Positions 16,394 to 29,915 are shown, counted from the stretch's first letter. The stretch is 64,000 nt of DNA from Octopus vulgaris (GCA_951406725.2 OX597829.1:6944001-7008000); one strand, 5' to 3'. The notes: generated by a model not told the origin, from the sequence alone. Translations and numbers: made by a program.

Positions 16394-16600
16394 TACTACA
16401 CACATACACACATACACGAGCACACACACATGCTACCAAACATACGCGAGCACACACTCAAATATATATGAAATTAAATATTAAAATCATTTGTTTTCAA
16501 AACAGTATCGTTTAGAAAAAGCAAACACACACACACACACACACATATGTGTATACACACACACACGCGACCTTAAACTCGCACATATGCATACATTCAT

Positions 16601-16701
<101 letters not shown>

Positions 16702-16724
16702 TACGTGTGTGCGTGTGCGTGTGT

Positions 16725-16756
<32 letters not shown>

Positions 16757-17359
16757 ATGCCTGCGTGTGTGTGCGAGTGTGTAAAGTGAGAGAGACGGAA
16801 ATAACATATGAAGAACAGATAAAATGTAAAGTGATTTTTATTAATCACTATGATCCTTTCGACCCTTCGTGAATCGGTCGTTTGCGGAAGAGATTCTGTA
16901 CAACTGGTTGTGGTGCATTATTCGGCGCAGTTGTGCCTCGTCAGGAGACATTTCAAGAGGTGCCTCGCCCATTGATTCCAGTTTTGCTTATAATTCATGT
17001 CGCCATTTGCCTACAGCTTATAATATATACGTATATATTGTGCATATAGCTGCTGCACACACTCGTTAAGATGTCACGCATTGGTTGAAAGAATACTCAT
17101 GAGTGTAAGAAAAAGTACACATATGTACACACTCCTATGTATATGTATATGTCTAAGTATGTATGCTTATGAATGTCTATGTATGTGTTTATGTGTGTTA
17201 GTGTGCAGTATGTTTGTATATAACTTCGTGGTTAAACGCTTTCTGCTAAACGACATGTTCCGTCCCACTACGTGAAATTTTGTGTTCGTCCACCATACAG
17301 TGAAAATATTCTTGTTACCGGATATACATCAGGGATAATACTACACTATGCGTAGAGTA

Positions 17360-17414
<55 letters not shown>

Positions 17415-17432
17415 AGAGTGAAAGAGAGATTA

Positions 17433-17912
17433 GCTGTATACTGTCAACATAATGTGATAGTCCTATGAAGGGAATCACATCACTGCTATTTATCCCAAAG
17501 AAGCATCAAGGCTTCCTGTCGGCCATGACACATTTCGTGTCTCCTTATGTTTACAAAGGGGAGACAGCTAAGCCTGCATCCAGAGATATGTTTCTGCATC
17601 TTTGCTCGTCATCAGTCTGGAGTAGCATGGCCTACTTGTTGGAGATGCCTGTTTAGCCCTTGTAAATATATAAGAATTCTAGTGAAATAAATCCACCGAT
17701 TACGAAAATAGAAATATTACATTTGTAAATATCTCGGAGATATAAGCAGTAGTGGTACGATAGAGTAGTTGTATACTGTCAACTTAATGTGACAGTCCCG
17801 TGAAGGAAATCACACCACCGCTATTTAGCCCTAGGAAGCATCAATGCCTCCTGTCGGCCTTGACACATTTCCTGTGTACTCATGTTTACAAGCTAAGCTT
17901 GCATCCAGAGAC
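17433..17912 (-). mobile_element. Partial-tandem non-coding repeat with one HHR (~337-bp unit)
   Basis: tgtatactgtcaac...gcatccagaga at ~17433-17586 repeated at ~17770-17911. Confidence 0.7.
17580..17620 (-). ncRNA. Minimal type-I hammerhead-like motif
   Basis: Minus: ccaga-CTGATGA-cga-GCA aaga TGC-A-GAAA-cata-TC-tctgg; perfect stem I; stem III decayed. Confidence 0.6.
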
Positions 17913-17914
17913 GA

Positions 17915-18062
17915 TTTTTGTAATTTTTTCAATACTTATACACATCCTGATAACCTCGGTATGTACATATCAAACTTGAGCGCAATCAGATGGGGGATGC
18001 CCGAGATCCTAGAAGACACACAGACAGACAGACAGAACGGATTTTATTTAATATATATAATT
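17915..18062 (-). mobile_element. Helitron-like 5' fragment
   Basis: Minus strand begins tatatattaaataaaatccgttctgtctgtctgtctgtgtgtc, resembling non-autonomous Helitron 5' ends; no 3' end seen. Confidence 0.35.
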
Positions 18063-18162
18063 ATTTTATTTATTAGGGAATAAAAAATTCCAGCATCACA
18101 GGGATTCAAATAAAATGAATTGTTCTCGATAAGGAAATATATTTTATTTAGAGATACAAGTC

Positions 18163-18284
18163 CCCATGCAATTCATCAAATCCTAACAGACACCACACCA
18201 TATCATAGAATTTTATCTTAATACTTTAAAATGAAATTCTATGATATGGTGTGGTGTCTGTTAGGATTTGATGAATTGCATGGG
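18163..18284. repeat. Perfect 51-bp inverted repeat with 20-nt loop
   Basis: 18163-18213 is the exact reverse complement of 18234-18284; imperfect extension to 18147/18301. Confidence 0.9.
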
Positions 18285-18302
18285 AACATCTATCTCTAAA
18301 TA

Positions 18303-18394
<92 letters not shown>

Positions 18395-18472
18395 GCATAT
18401 ACATATATGTATACGTATATAATTGAATAAGATAGAATAAAAAAAGGTATACAGTTGAACAGTTATTTTTTA

Positions 18473-18577
18473 TTCACTACTTATGTTTCCATGCAACATA
18501 ATTCTTCATATACACAGAATTTGATTAAGCAACAATTTACCTGCATAATGGGAACCAGTTATTTTTCTTCAGATGAT
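18473..18577 (-). ncRNA. Hammerhead-like motif, left arm of an inverted duplication
   Basis: Minus: atcat-CTGAAGA-A...gttgcatG-GAAA-cataag-TA-gtgaa. Confidence 0.5.
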
Positions 18578-18641
18578 ATTCAATTCACATGTGTTAGCAT
18601 CGAAGTCGAGGGTTTTGTAATTAACGGTACAGCTACTGAAT

Positions 18642-18747
18642 ATCACCTGACGAAATACAACTAGATCCCATTATACAGGTAAACAGTTGCATAATCAAAT
18701 TCCTGTATATATGAAGAACTATGTTGTATGGAAACATGTGTAGTGAT
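18642..18747 (+). ncRNA. Type-I hammerhead-like motif, right arm
   Basis: atcac-CTGACGA-A-atacaac...gttgtat-G-GAAA-catgtg-TA-gtgat; perfect 5-bp stem I, 7-bp stem II base, GUA site. Confidence 0.7.
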
Positions 18748-19143
18748 TAAAAAAATAACTGTGCAACCGTATTCCTCTTTGTTTACTGTTTCTTATTCAA
18801 TTTTATTTTCATACAGGACGAATAACGAAATCTAGACTCAGGAAGTATATCGTAATACTACCTGCTGTTCGGTATTTCTAAGGGTGAATCATCTCTATTC
18901 TATACTCTGCTACGTTTTTAACGGAATATACATCATATATATATATATATTTACATATATATATATATTTACATATATACACCGAAGGCTGTGTGATTTC
19001 ATTGTTTTTCTTCTTTTTTTGCCATATTGTTGTCGGCGGAGACTTATTTTTGTAGTAAAGGGAAATAGTAGTCTTTTGGCTGCTATTTCTAAATTTTTCG
19101 GTATGTGCTTTAAGCAACTTGTTGCAAAACACCCATATTATTA

Positions 19144-19198
<55 letters not shown>

Positions 19199-19428
19199 AG
19201 AGGCAAACAACTACTTTTAAATCACTGAGCAGGAAATATGAACTAACAGTACCACATATTAAAGTCTATTGCCAACACAACGTGACACTCCTACGCAGTA
19301 CAAATCTAGGTTTTCCTGCGGCTAAAAAGTAATAACATCGTTCCGCATTGGACTACCACGTTGCGTTGGTAAATACGTTTTACTAGATACATACATATAT
19401 ACATACATACATATATGCATACATACAT

Positions 19429-19501
<73 letters not shown>

Positions 19502-19505
19502 CAGG

Positions 19506-19565
<60 letters not shown>

Positions 19566-20347
19566 CAGAGAGGCAGATAAAATAGAAAATGGATTGAATG
19601 TCATTCTTTATTTTAAATCACTACTATTGTTTCGATACATTTTTACACCAATATAATATAATTGCTATCCTTTATGATATAATTTCTATCCTCCATTAAA
19701 GGGACAAGATGCATTTCTTCAGGTGATTGCTTTACATAATCCCTTCGTTCGATCTAACGAGAACCATACTATCATTTCACACAGTGTGAGAATGAAGTCA
19801 CAAAACAACGTACTATGTTTAACAATTTCTTTAAAAATTTGCAGACAAAACATAACCCAGAGATATAGCGAGAGACAAGATACAATTGTAATCAAATGTA
19901 ATGAAACAAAAAAGTTTAAAAAATAACACAGATAAAAATTTGTCGAGTTGACTATAAATTACAACTCTGTCTTTATCTGCAGATTATAGGAAATAAAAGC
20001 AAAAGTGAATAAAGATCAACGTTTAGAGATAATAATGTGATACATAGAGAATACTAGGGTGCACATATGGAAACGCTACTCTAAACGAACAAACTGAATA
20101 ATGAATGGTTTTCCTGAAGAAAATTAAATTCGTTAAAATTTTACAACCGAACTACGATAAGCCTACGCAGACGTATAAGTGATTAGGAACCCATTTCACT
20201 AATGATTTGAAGGTTGAACAACAAACCAGGAGAAGAGTACACATGCATATGAGTGGTTGGGGGAGCATGTATGAAGGGTTCATTGATATTCATGTTTTAA
20301 ATAGGAAAGGATAATATTTTGCCCTATTTTGTTTTTCTAAAAATATC

Positions 20348-20880
20348 ATGGATCGACAGGATCGCTTGAGAAAATCAATTACCATATAATATAAAAGAGA
20401 AATATGTAAACATAAAATCAGAACAAGTGTAAGCAACATATCGAAAAACCACTCTAAATTACAAGGTATTCTGGTAGCTAAGGGAATTACCGCACTTCGT
20501 AAATACGATTAAATTTTATTGATGAGAAGAAAAATTTACTTTGGCGTAGTTTAAAGAAAAATTAATTGTATGTAATAATATCATTGGAACTATAATTTGT
20601 GCAAAAGCCAAACCGTTGTCCAGAAAAGAAATGGACTACATAGCGCCGTGAAGAATAATAAGTTTGCAAGTACACATCATAAAATAGTATGAGAGTACCG
20701 CGTTGTTTTCAAGCATTATTAAGAATAGCATCGATTCGCAGCACATTTTAAACTGTAATGAAATGGGGCTTTTGTGGGAAAATATTTTTCTTAGAAAATG
20801 TATCACAAAGGAAGAGTTCAGTACCAGGTGACAAGCCGATGAAGTACCTGCTAATCTTACTTCTTTATACTAATGCTTCA
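20348..20880 (+). pseudogene. Tigger/pogo transposase remnant
   Basis: Fragments across frames: RKSITI*YKREI, IICAKA, RNGLHSAVK, NCNEMGLLW (cf. NCDETGLFW), KSSVPGDKPMKYLLILLLYTNAS (cf. PGHKPMKDRLTLLLCANAS). Confidence 0.65.
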
Positions 20881-21021
20881 AATACACACTCAGCCAGATC
20901 CACATGTAAATCTAACTGCCTGTATATACTAACTTTTCAAACCACTGCGCAGACGCAGATTATACCCGCGACAGAGAGGATGCCGGTAAAAATTTCGAAC
21001 AAATTTGAAATCGAAAGGCTG

Positions 21022-21090
21022 TCCCACTGATGAAACAGGCCTTCAGCAAATATTTTTTTGCTGGAAATAGCTAGAAACCATGGGCTGGGA
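21022..21090 (+). ncRNA. Hammerhead-like motif with mutated U16.1
   Basis: tccca-CTGATGA-A...ttcagcaaa/tttgctgga...A-GAAA-ccatgg-GC-tggga; perfect stem I, palindromic CCATGG. Confidence 0.55.
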
Positions 21091-21300
21091 AATAATTGAA
21101 ATGATAAACGATTTTAATTTACATTCCTTTCGATAATTTATCCATTTTTGTGGTTTTCAGTTTTCTACTGCTGTTTCTAGCACAAGGCTTTCCTATTTGG
21201 AAGCATCTTATTGTATTTCTATGTGAATAATATATAGTCTAATGACTATTTCGTTTTTGTGCTAGGTCACTGTTAATAATAATTTCTTATTACCCTATTG

Positions 21301-21345
<45 letters not shown>

Positions 21346-21415
21346 TGTGACCTCGTGTGTGCCGTTGGCGATTTTTTTCCCTCTGTCTTCCCTTCTCTGG
21401 ATCTTTCCTTCTCCT

Positions 21416-21450
21416 GTTTCCGACGAAGAGCTCCGCTCGAAACGTTAAAC
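21416..21450 (+). ncRNA. Minimal hammerhead-like motif (U4C, extra A)
   Basis: gttt-CCGACGA-A-GAGC tcc GCTC-GAAA-cg-TT-aaac; palindromic AACGTT. Confidence 0.6.
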
Positions 21451-21546
21451 CCTCCTTCTTTCCTTCTTTCCTGAGCGCACAATAATACCATATTTGTTAT
21501 ACGTCCTCGCGTTGTTGTGTTTCTTTGTTCTTTCTTGTTTGGATTA

Positions 21547-21590
<44 letters not shown>

Positions 21591-21697
21591 TAACGGGCAG
21601 GTTTACGAAAATAAGCAAAAGACGAAGGCAGGTGGAGTACAAGCAAACAATTGTATTAATATATTAGTATGGCGCTCAGGAATAGAAATAGAACAAG

Positions 21698-21735
21698 TCT
21701 TTCACGTTTCGAGCCTACGCTCTTCGACAGAAAGA
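21698..21735 (-). ncRNA. Minimal hammerhead-like motif (A6U, extra A)
   Basis: Minus: tcttt-CTGTCGA-A-GAGC gtag GCTC-GAAA-cg-TG-aaaga. Confidence 0.5.
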
Positions 21736-22216
21736 TACGCAAAAAAAACAAGGGGTGAAACAAGAAGAGAATAAAATGCGTGCAGGAGCTAACGATCTAT
21801 CATATATATAAAGATAGATATATAAAAGAATATATATATATATATATATATATATACTGTTTTCTTCTCCCAGCGTTCAATATTTCCCTCTTTCTCTCGT
21901 CTAACGACCCTCTGTGTTTGTTTTCGTTTGGTTTCCTTGTATGTCTCCACTGTCCTGTTTTTGTTCCCAATTTTGACTCTCCATAAATCCGAAATTTAAT
22001 TTTGGAATTTGTGGGAGGAACTGTCTTCGAAGACTCATATTGTCGTTGAATGCTCGAAATAAGGAGTAGATATACAGCCGACAACTGATGAAGGGTCGTC
22101 CTCTCTGTGTTTACTTGTCCTGTTTTCCATTTTTTCACTTGTTGTGTGCGTATTTAACTCGTTTGTTTTCGTACTTCATGTTGTTTGCACAGTTGGTAAC
22201 TTTCTGTAGCAATATA

Positions 22217-22277
<61 letters not shown>

Positions 22278-22282
22278 GTATA

Positions 22283-22324
<42 letters not shown>

Positions 22325-22512
22325 CATACATATATATATGTATATATATATATATATTTATATATATATGTATATATATACATATACATATATATATATA
22401 TACATATATTTATACATATATATACATATATATTATCATTTAAATAAACGCCACTCATCCATTTCCAACTGGGTATACACACACATACACATATATATAT
22501 GTAGGTTTATAC

Positions 22513-22544
<32 letters not shown>

Positions 22545-23973
22545 GCATACATATGTATATGTATGTATGTATGCATATCTAGGCTAATAGATAGACAGAT
22601 AGAAAAGATATAGTCAGACTCACAACCTATGCTAGTGACTACAGTGTTCAGAAAGATAGAAGATTACTATACGATGAAGCTGCATGCCATATTTGGTTTA
22701 CTACGCAATACATACACATCTCTCTGACTTGCCAATTACTTTGATAATCTTTGCCAAGTTGCTGCTACTCTACACTGTCGCAACCAATTTAATAATTCTC
22801 TTTTCCTTCTTTGCCAATTTGCTAGTTGTCCAAACTTGTTTGGCAACTTGCCGGATCTCCAAATGAATTGTGCATTGATGTATCAAGAGAATACATGCAT
22901 ACATACAAACATACTTACACACACACATACATAGATGCATACAAATATACATACACACATGCATACATTCAAACATATGCACACACACACATAAACTTTT
23001 TTTGTGTGAGTGCATCTATTTTATGGATGTACATATATACAAAGACACACACAGACAAATACACGAACACACACACATCCACAGTCATATATATGTGTAC
23101 ATATACAAACATACGTACACACATACATACACACAAATATATATATGTATCTCTATGTGCGTATGTATGTGTGTATGTATAGATCTGTGCATCTGCATAA
23201 GCACATATGTATGTATACATATAATGATTTTTGTATATGTATATAAATATGTGAGTATGTACGTAGAATTGGATGGATGGATAAATACGTGTATGTATAA
23301 ATACTCACGGTGCAGTGTGATTATTAGCAGGTAAAGATCTACCCAATCACCGTTTCTTAAAAAAAGTACTGATCCGATGTTGTCGTTTGGCGAAAGTTGC
23401 AGAAGCATTACGGCATTTATGCTGGATCTTAGTTTTCTGTTCTGAACTCCCATTTCGCTACTGATTCAAACTATTTCTGTCCTAACACCGCACCACATCG
23501 AATATGTTTCATGGCGTTTAGATAAGAGCTTTGCTGGTGTATGGGCTATTGCTACTTTCCATAATGCAATCTCTGACTACATCTCAGCAGGCAGTAGCCC
23601 ATACATAACAAACACAGACTAAGAGAGTTTGGAGGGTCGTGGATGTAAATTCATCAGGTAGAATCTCCGTAGGTTCCCATCAGAAGCAACCGATATTACG
23701 TTTTCCGGCTTGTTTCTAAAACGCGACCAACGGAGACTATGGATATTATCAGTCATCTAGTTCTTTGTCTGTCTTTAAAATTCCTACCGATTGTCTTAAG
23801 CTTGAAGGATTCTTTCTAATCAAATGTCCGTGGTACCGGAGCCATCACTTATTAATGCGGAGAAGTAGCAGTTCAACATGTAAACTCTCACTGATCTCGG
23901 AGCTATACACTCTGTCTAGTAACGTTATTTCAGAAATCCTTCGGAAGAACCTCATTTTGGTTGCTTATATTCG

Positions 23974-24100
23974 TGACACCATCAAGAGTGATACCGGAAT
24001 GGACATAGCCAATCTGAAAGAAGCGGCCCAGGATAGAACTGACTGGAGGACACTGATCCAACGAGTAACCGAGAGTCGACTTCGACTGAGCGGATAAATA
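23974..24100 (+). mobile_element. RTE LINE 3' end fragment
   Basis: [40 protein letters not shown], matching the end of the 27332 element. Confidence 0.85.
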
Positions 24101-25526
24101 GATAGATATATTCGTGATCATGCGTTTCTGATCATTACCCAAAATTCATAACCGTAAGGATAAACAACAATAAAAAATAAATCGAATTGAAGATAGCGTG
24201 ATTGACTTTTTTAAGAAACTGAGGATCGAATGCTGAAGCTGGCTCATTGCTGTGCGTCCATTAGCAATTCTATTATCTTATTCAACCTCCTGCTTTCTAT
24301 AATGTTTTGCATATCTCACATCTCTCAGCATCGATGCATTAAAACCTTCGAAGTCTAACACCTGACTCGCTACAAGTCATCAAACTTCGTTCACTACCTT
24401 TTTAGCAACAGGTTATAAAATCCGAAACATTTTTCCACGCTCAGAATTATCGAAACCTAAACTAAACTACCCACGTCGGTTAATAGTTGATAGGACATGA
24501 TATACCTTCCAAAATATATGCTTCTCAAAATTCAACTGTATCTCGTACCTGAATCTTCTATGCATCCTAAGAGTGCATAGATGCTCTACTTGTGTTCACA
24601 TCTCTGCTTTTATATTTTACCTGTACGTGCATAAAACACACACACACACACACACATACACGCACATTTCGTTTTTGTATTTCGTTTGAAAGATTCTTTA
24701 TGTGAATTCGTGTGTTGAAACATATTTTATTGTGTCTCGGGAGAGTCATTATGTTTTAGTGCCTTATTACTTAAAACACTTGCAGGTTCGATTTCCACTC
24801 ATTTACTTGTTTTTTCCAAAATTTCCGTTGCGTCTTGCAACATTTTCAATAGTCGTTGACTCTACCCGTTTACACAGGTGTGTTCTTTTTGTTTGTTTGT
24901 TTGTGCGAATGCGTGTGCGTCAGTGTGCGTGTGTACACATATATGTATGTATATATGTATGCATGCATCGGGCTAGTTCTCCTAGCTAAATTTTAGCATA
25001 AAAAATTGTGATTTGATCCAGTAGGAAAGCGTGTACATCAACATTTGTTTCAACGTTATAGGACAGTAAGTAGCGCCACCACTAAAGTTTAGATCTAAAT
25101 AACTTTTTTATTTTAAAAGTAAAATATATTTATCTTAACTTCAATGATAGGAAGCATGAAGAATTTCATAGTTATTCAAAAAGTTGTGAAGTAAAATATC
25201 ATGAAAAAGATATAAGTAAGGCAAAAATTGGATTTAAGTATAATCAACATTTTTATATTTTAATTAGGAGCTCAATTCGATGAGTTTCAAGGTATGAATC
25301 TAATGCAATGAAGTTTAAAAAGAAAAAGTTATGAATTTTTGTTTCTCAAATTTGAGGGTGATAATTATAGTTCTATACTTTTTTATGAATATAGTTCTAT
25401 AAGGGACATTTAATATGTCACCGGTGTCATTGAGGTAAGAAAATATTATCAGCGACACTTCTAATTGACACATTGGACATTATTAATTAGCATAATAGCA
25501 TAACCTGGAAAAAACATTGATTACCT

Positions 25527-26372
25527 GGGAAAATGCGAGCAAGAGAAATATTATTCTTAAGATTATAAACTTGGAAAGTTACAGGACAAGTTTTTATAGC
25601 TGGAAAAGTTCAGGGCAACTTAATACACCTTACAAAGTACAGAATAAGAAACATTTTACTTAAAATATTGCAGCTAACGATAAAATTTTAATATTAAAAA
25701 TTAATTGATTTTAATTTACAAAGTAATATTATAAATAAGAAAGGTACCATTATTTTGTTAAAATATCCATAAGAAGTACCAATATAACTAAAGTTTTATG
25801 CTAAGTAAAATATTATATATGGTAGTCAAGTTTCATTATGTAAAAAATAGGCATTAGGTCAAGACTAAAACTGTGAAGACTTGGCAATAACTTAGGCAAT
25901 AACCCAAGCAAATTTTACAGTGAAGTTTTTGTTATAGGTAGATTTTACTGTAATATTTAACTAATTTCTTTATTCCTATATTTATTGTACTAATTGTGTA
26001 CTACTATTATTTTTATAACCTGTTTTCAGATTTCTAATTGTTAATCAATAATTAAAAAATTGAATTATTTTAAATTGCAAAATATATCTTAATTGAGGTA
26101 CATTTTATTTTTAATAGAAGTAAGAAGTAATAACATGTAGAAATAATTACTTGTAATAGAATTTTTAGTTTTAATAAAAGCTAATATTTTCTAAATCTAA
26201 ATATTTTATTTGAAATTTTATCCTCAGCTGCAATATTTTAAGCAAAAAATTTCTTATTCTGTACTTTACCAGATGTAATAACTTGTTCTGAACTCTTCCA
26301 AGTGTTATAACTTGTCCTGTAATTTTCCAGGTTTATAATCGTAAGAATATTATTTCTCTTGCTCACATTTTT

Positions 26373-26374
<2 letters not shown>
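25527..26374. mobile_element. Non-autonomous long-TIR (Mutator/foldback-like) element
   Basis: ~165-bp diverged TIRs 25527-25691 and ~26210-26374 starting GGGAAAATG; AT-rich interior; no clear TSD. Confidence 0.6.
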
Positions 26375-26467
<93 letters not shown>

Positions 26468-26925
26468 AATGGATATGTAACGAAACAGATAGATGAATAG
26501 ACAGATAGGTACACAGGTAATATTGACAGACAAGCACACACACACACATACATACGCAAATGAAGGCTGAAACACAACCATATACATAAACACTCATATT
26601 TCACGTACACAGTGACACATGGAGATACAAATTCATACTTATCATACGCACAAACCCATGCGCATAAATACACACAAACAAGCAAAAAGAAACGCAGCTT
26701 TGATAACAGACAGATTCAACAACTACTGAGAAGATGGCAACACGCAACAAAAATGAATATACGCATGCTATAACAGAATCCTAACATGGATCCTTTGATC
26801 CAGCCTTAGCTGTGGTCTTGGGACCTAATGGTCGATCAACTATAACACTTACCCAGTGTAGATCTCAAATGAACTAGAACCTTAATATTCTTTATGTACA
26901 TATGTATGTATATATATATATATAC

Positions 26926-27056
26926 ACTAGCAATGCATCCCAGAGTACCCAGGTGTTATGACCTACAAGCACATTTCTATACAACATATTTTATTTTTTA
27001 CTTCCAATACGTAAGGGAAATTTCATTCCCGGGCAACGCCGGGTGCCTCTGCTGGT
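26926..27056. mobile_element. Two Helitron-type 3' ends in opposite orientation
   Basis: Plus: cccgggcaacgccggg tgcctctg CTGG t; minus: cctgggtactctggg atgcattg CTAG t. Confidence 0.5.
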
Positions 27057-27278
27057 ATGTATGCATATATGTATACACAAACACACATATATACGTTATT
27101 AATAAATCTGCAAAGACATCAGTTTCGAACAGTTTTGGCTGGGAATGGAACAAAAAATAAGGTCATATGTATAAATACACAATACATTGATAGACACATA
27201 TTTGAAATTGGTTTGTTTCATTGGTCGTTTCAACCAACGGTCTTTTCAATAACACTGGTTATATCAAATTAAAATTAG

Positions 27279-27331
<53 letters not shown>

Positions 27332-27333
<2 letters not shown>

Positions 27334-28322
27334 TGACAAGTTATGGAAATGTCTGGAGGAAATGGGAACACCTTTACACCTTGTCCAGCTTATTAGTTCA
27401 CTCTATCGAAACCAAGAGGCTACAGTACGGACACCATATGGCGACACTGATTGGTTTGAGATTGGAAGAGGCACTCGGCAAGGTTGCATCCTGTCACCAG
27501 CAGCCTTCAACATGTACACTGAAAATGTCACGAGGAATGCAGGCCTGGAGAATAGCAGCATTGGAATGAGGATTGGAGGAAGAAATACTAATAACCTTCG
27601 CTATGCAGATGATACAACCCTGCAGGCAGAAAATAATAAGGATCTAGAGAATCCTGCTAGTCAAGAAAACGAAGATCATGTCAAAAGCAGCCACAACAAA
27701 CATCAGCATCAAGATCGATAATGAAGAGATCGAAGTGGTTGATGATTTCATCTTCCTTAGCTCCAAAATAAATCGAGATTGTGACTGCACTCCAGAAATA
27801 AGACGGCGGATAGCACTAGGCAGAGAGGCAATGGTCAGCATGAGCAAGATCTGGAAGAGTAGAGACATCAGACTCACTACCAAATGCAGATTGGTGAATG
27901 CAATCGTCTTCCCAATAGCAACATATGGATGCGAGACCTGGACACTAAGGAAAGCTGACCAAAAGATAATTAATGCATTCGAGCTTTGGTGTTGGAGATT
28001 TTTACGGATTCCATGGACAGCGAGGCTCACCAATGGAGAAGTTCTTAACCAGATCAAGCCGAAATTGTCGCTAGAAGCTAGGATCACCAAGCATAGATTG
28101 ACATATTTTGGTCATATTATGCGGAGAAAATCCCTGGAGAAGGATATCATGCTCGGAATGGTCAGTGGCAACAGAGGAAGAGGCCGACCAAGAACCCGCT
28201 GGCTTGACACCATCAAGAGTGATACGGGAATGGACATAGCCAATCTGAAAGAAGCGGCCCAGGAGAGAACTCGCTGGAGGACACTGATCCACCGAGTGAT
28301 CGAGAGTCGACTTCGATTGAGT

Positions 28323-28326
<4 letters not shown>
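27332..28326 (+). mobile_element. RTE-clade LINE, 5'-truncated and frameshifted
   Basis: GTRQGCILSP and NNLRYADD RT motifs; [31 protein letters not shown]-terminal motifs; flanked by (TA)n. Confidence 0.92.
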
Positions 28327-28401
<75 letters not shown>

Positions 28402-28423
28402 TATATATATATACATACATAAT

Positions 28424-28470
<47 letters not shown>

Positions 28471-28489
28471 ATACACACACACACAGATA

Positions 28490-28521
<32 letters not shown>

Positions 28522-28529
28522 CATACATA

Positions 28530-28590
<61 letters not shown>

Positions 28591-28598
<8 letters not shown>

Positions 28599-29340
28599 CA
28601 ACAATTGAGGGTAAAATTAATTAATTATTAATCAATTTCACCAAGTATTCAGTATGTAAAGGGACCATTTTAGGCGAATTCAAAATATTACATCATATAT
28701 AGGGGCTTAGTAAAATAAATTACTTTGCCACATACTGAACTCATTAGAAATAGCAGCTAAAGAAATTTCTTCAGTTATTTCTAATACTTAAAGAAGATCA
28801 CTCTCAGATAGTGTTTGCCTAAACCAACTCACAAAGGTATGGGGGAAAAAACATTAAAAAATCAAGTGCAAAGGTTATTTGAGAACGTACGTTTCTAGAT
28901 TAGTCAATTCGACATTTCTTTCGTCAGCTCAGAATTCCTTGAATCGTATTTGGGAACACTGAAAGTTGGGAGCATACCCTTTCGGCTTCTCATCACCTCT
29001 AGAATTCTGCTCGAACTAAAAGTGCTATCAAATCCGAATATGCAAGCGAAGAATTTCTGCTCTCCCCTTTCCACCAGCGTGGGTTAAAATTGACAAACAC
29101 CATGTATTAACGGTGAAAACCGCAGTATTTAACAGAGAGATGAATTATAATTTCAACAATTGAGGGTAAAATTAATTAATTATTAATCAATTTCACCAAG
29201 TATTCAGTATGTAAAGGGACCATTTTAGGCGAATTCAAAATATTACATCATATATAGGGGCTTAGTAAAATAAATTACTTTGCCACATACTGAACTCATT
29301 AGAAATAGCAGCTAAAGAAATTTCTTCAGCTATTTCTAAT
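28591..29340 (-). mobile_element. Non-coding Penelope-like pLTR / retrozyme-like element (555-bp unit plus 195-bp repeat)
   Basis: 28591-28785 repeated almost exactly at 29146-29340; related to the 9205 element; one HHR. Confidence 0.75.
28880..28931 (-). ncRNA. Type-I hammerhead-like motif
   Basis: Minus: tgag-CTGACGA-A-AGA aat GTC gaatt GAC taa TCT-A-GAAA-cgtacg-TT-ctca; palindromic AACGTACGTT. Confidence 0.65.
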
Positions 29341-29379
29341 TGACGAAAGAAATGTCGAATTGACTAATCTAGAAACGTA

Positions 29380-29848
29380 CCCAATAGCAACATATGGATG
29401 CGAGACTGAAGAAATTTCTTTAGCTGCTATTTCTAATGAGTTCAGTATGTGGCAAAGTAATGGATTTTCACTAAAGAAAGCTGACCAAAAGATAATTAAT
29501 GCATTCGAGCTTTGGTGTTGGAGATCATTACGGATTCCATGGACAGCGAGGCTCACCAGTGGAGAAGTTCTTAACCAGATCAAGCCGAAACTGTCGCTAG
29601 AAGCTAGGATCACCAAGCATAGATTGACATATTTTGGTCATATTATGCGGAGAAAATCCCTGGAGAAGAATATCATGCTCGGAATGGTCAGTGGCAACAG
29701 AGGAAGAGGCCGACCAAGAACCCGCTGGCTTGACACCATCAAGAGTGATACGGGAATGGACATAGCCAATCTGAAAGAAGCGGCCCAGGATAGAACTCGC
29801 TGGAGGACACTGATCCACCGAGTGATCGAGAGTCGACTTCGATTGAGT

Positions 29849-29852
<4 letters not shown>
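29380..29852 (+). mobile_element. Duplicated RTE 3' segment with templated inverted insertion
   Basis: Near-identical to 27911-28326 and followed by the same compound microsatellite; 29406-29461 is an inverted copy of the neighbouring element. Confidence 0.85.

Positions 29853-29915
<63 letters not shown>

Noticed and set aside
16870-16950. Minus-strand CTGACGA-GGC...GCC-GAAT hammerhead-like match
   Set aside because: GAAA is mutated and no stem I or III could be formed
25000-26240. Very AT-rich stretch resembling a mitochondrial insertion
   Set aside because: No rRNA, tRNA or mitochondrial protein motifs recognised; largely explained by the long-TIR element
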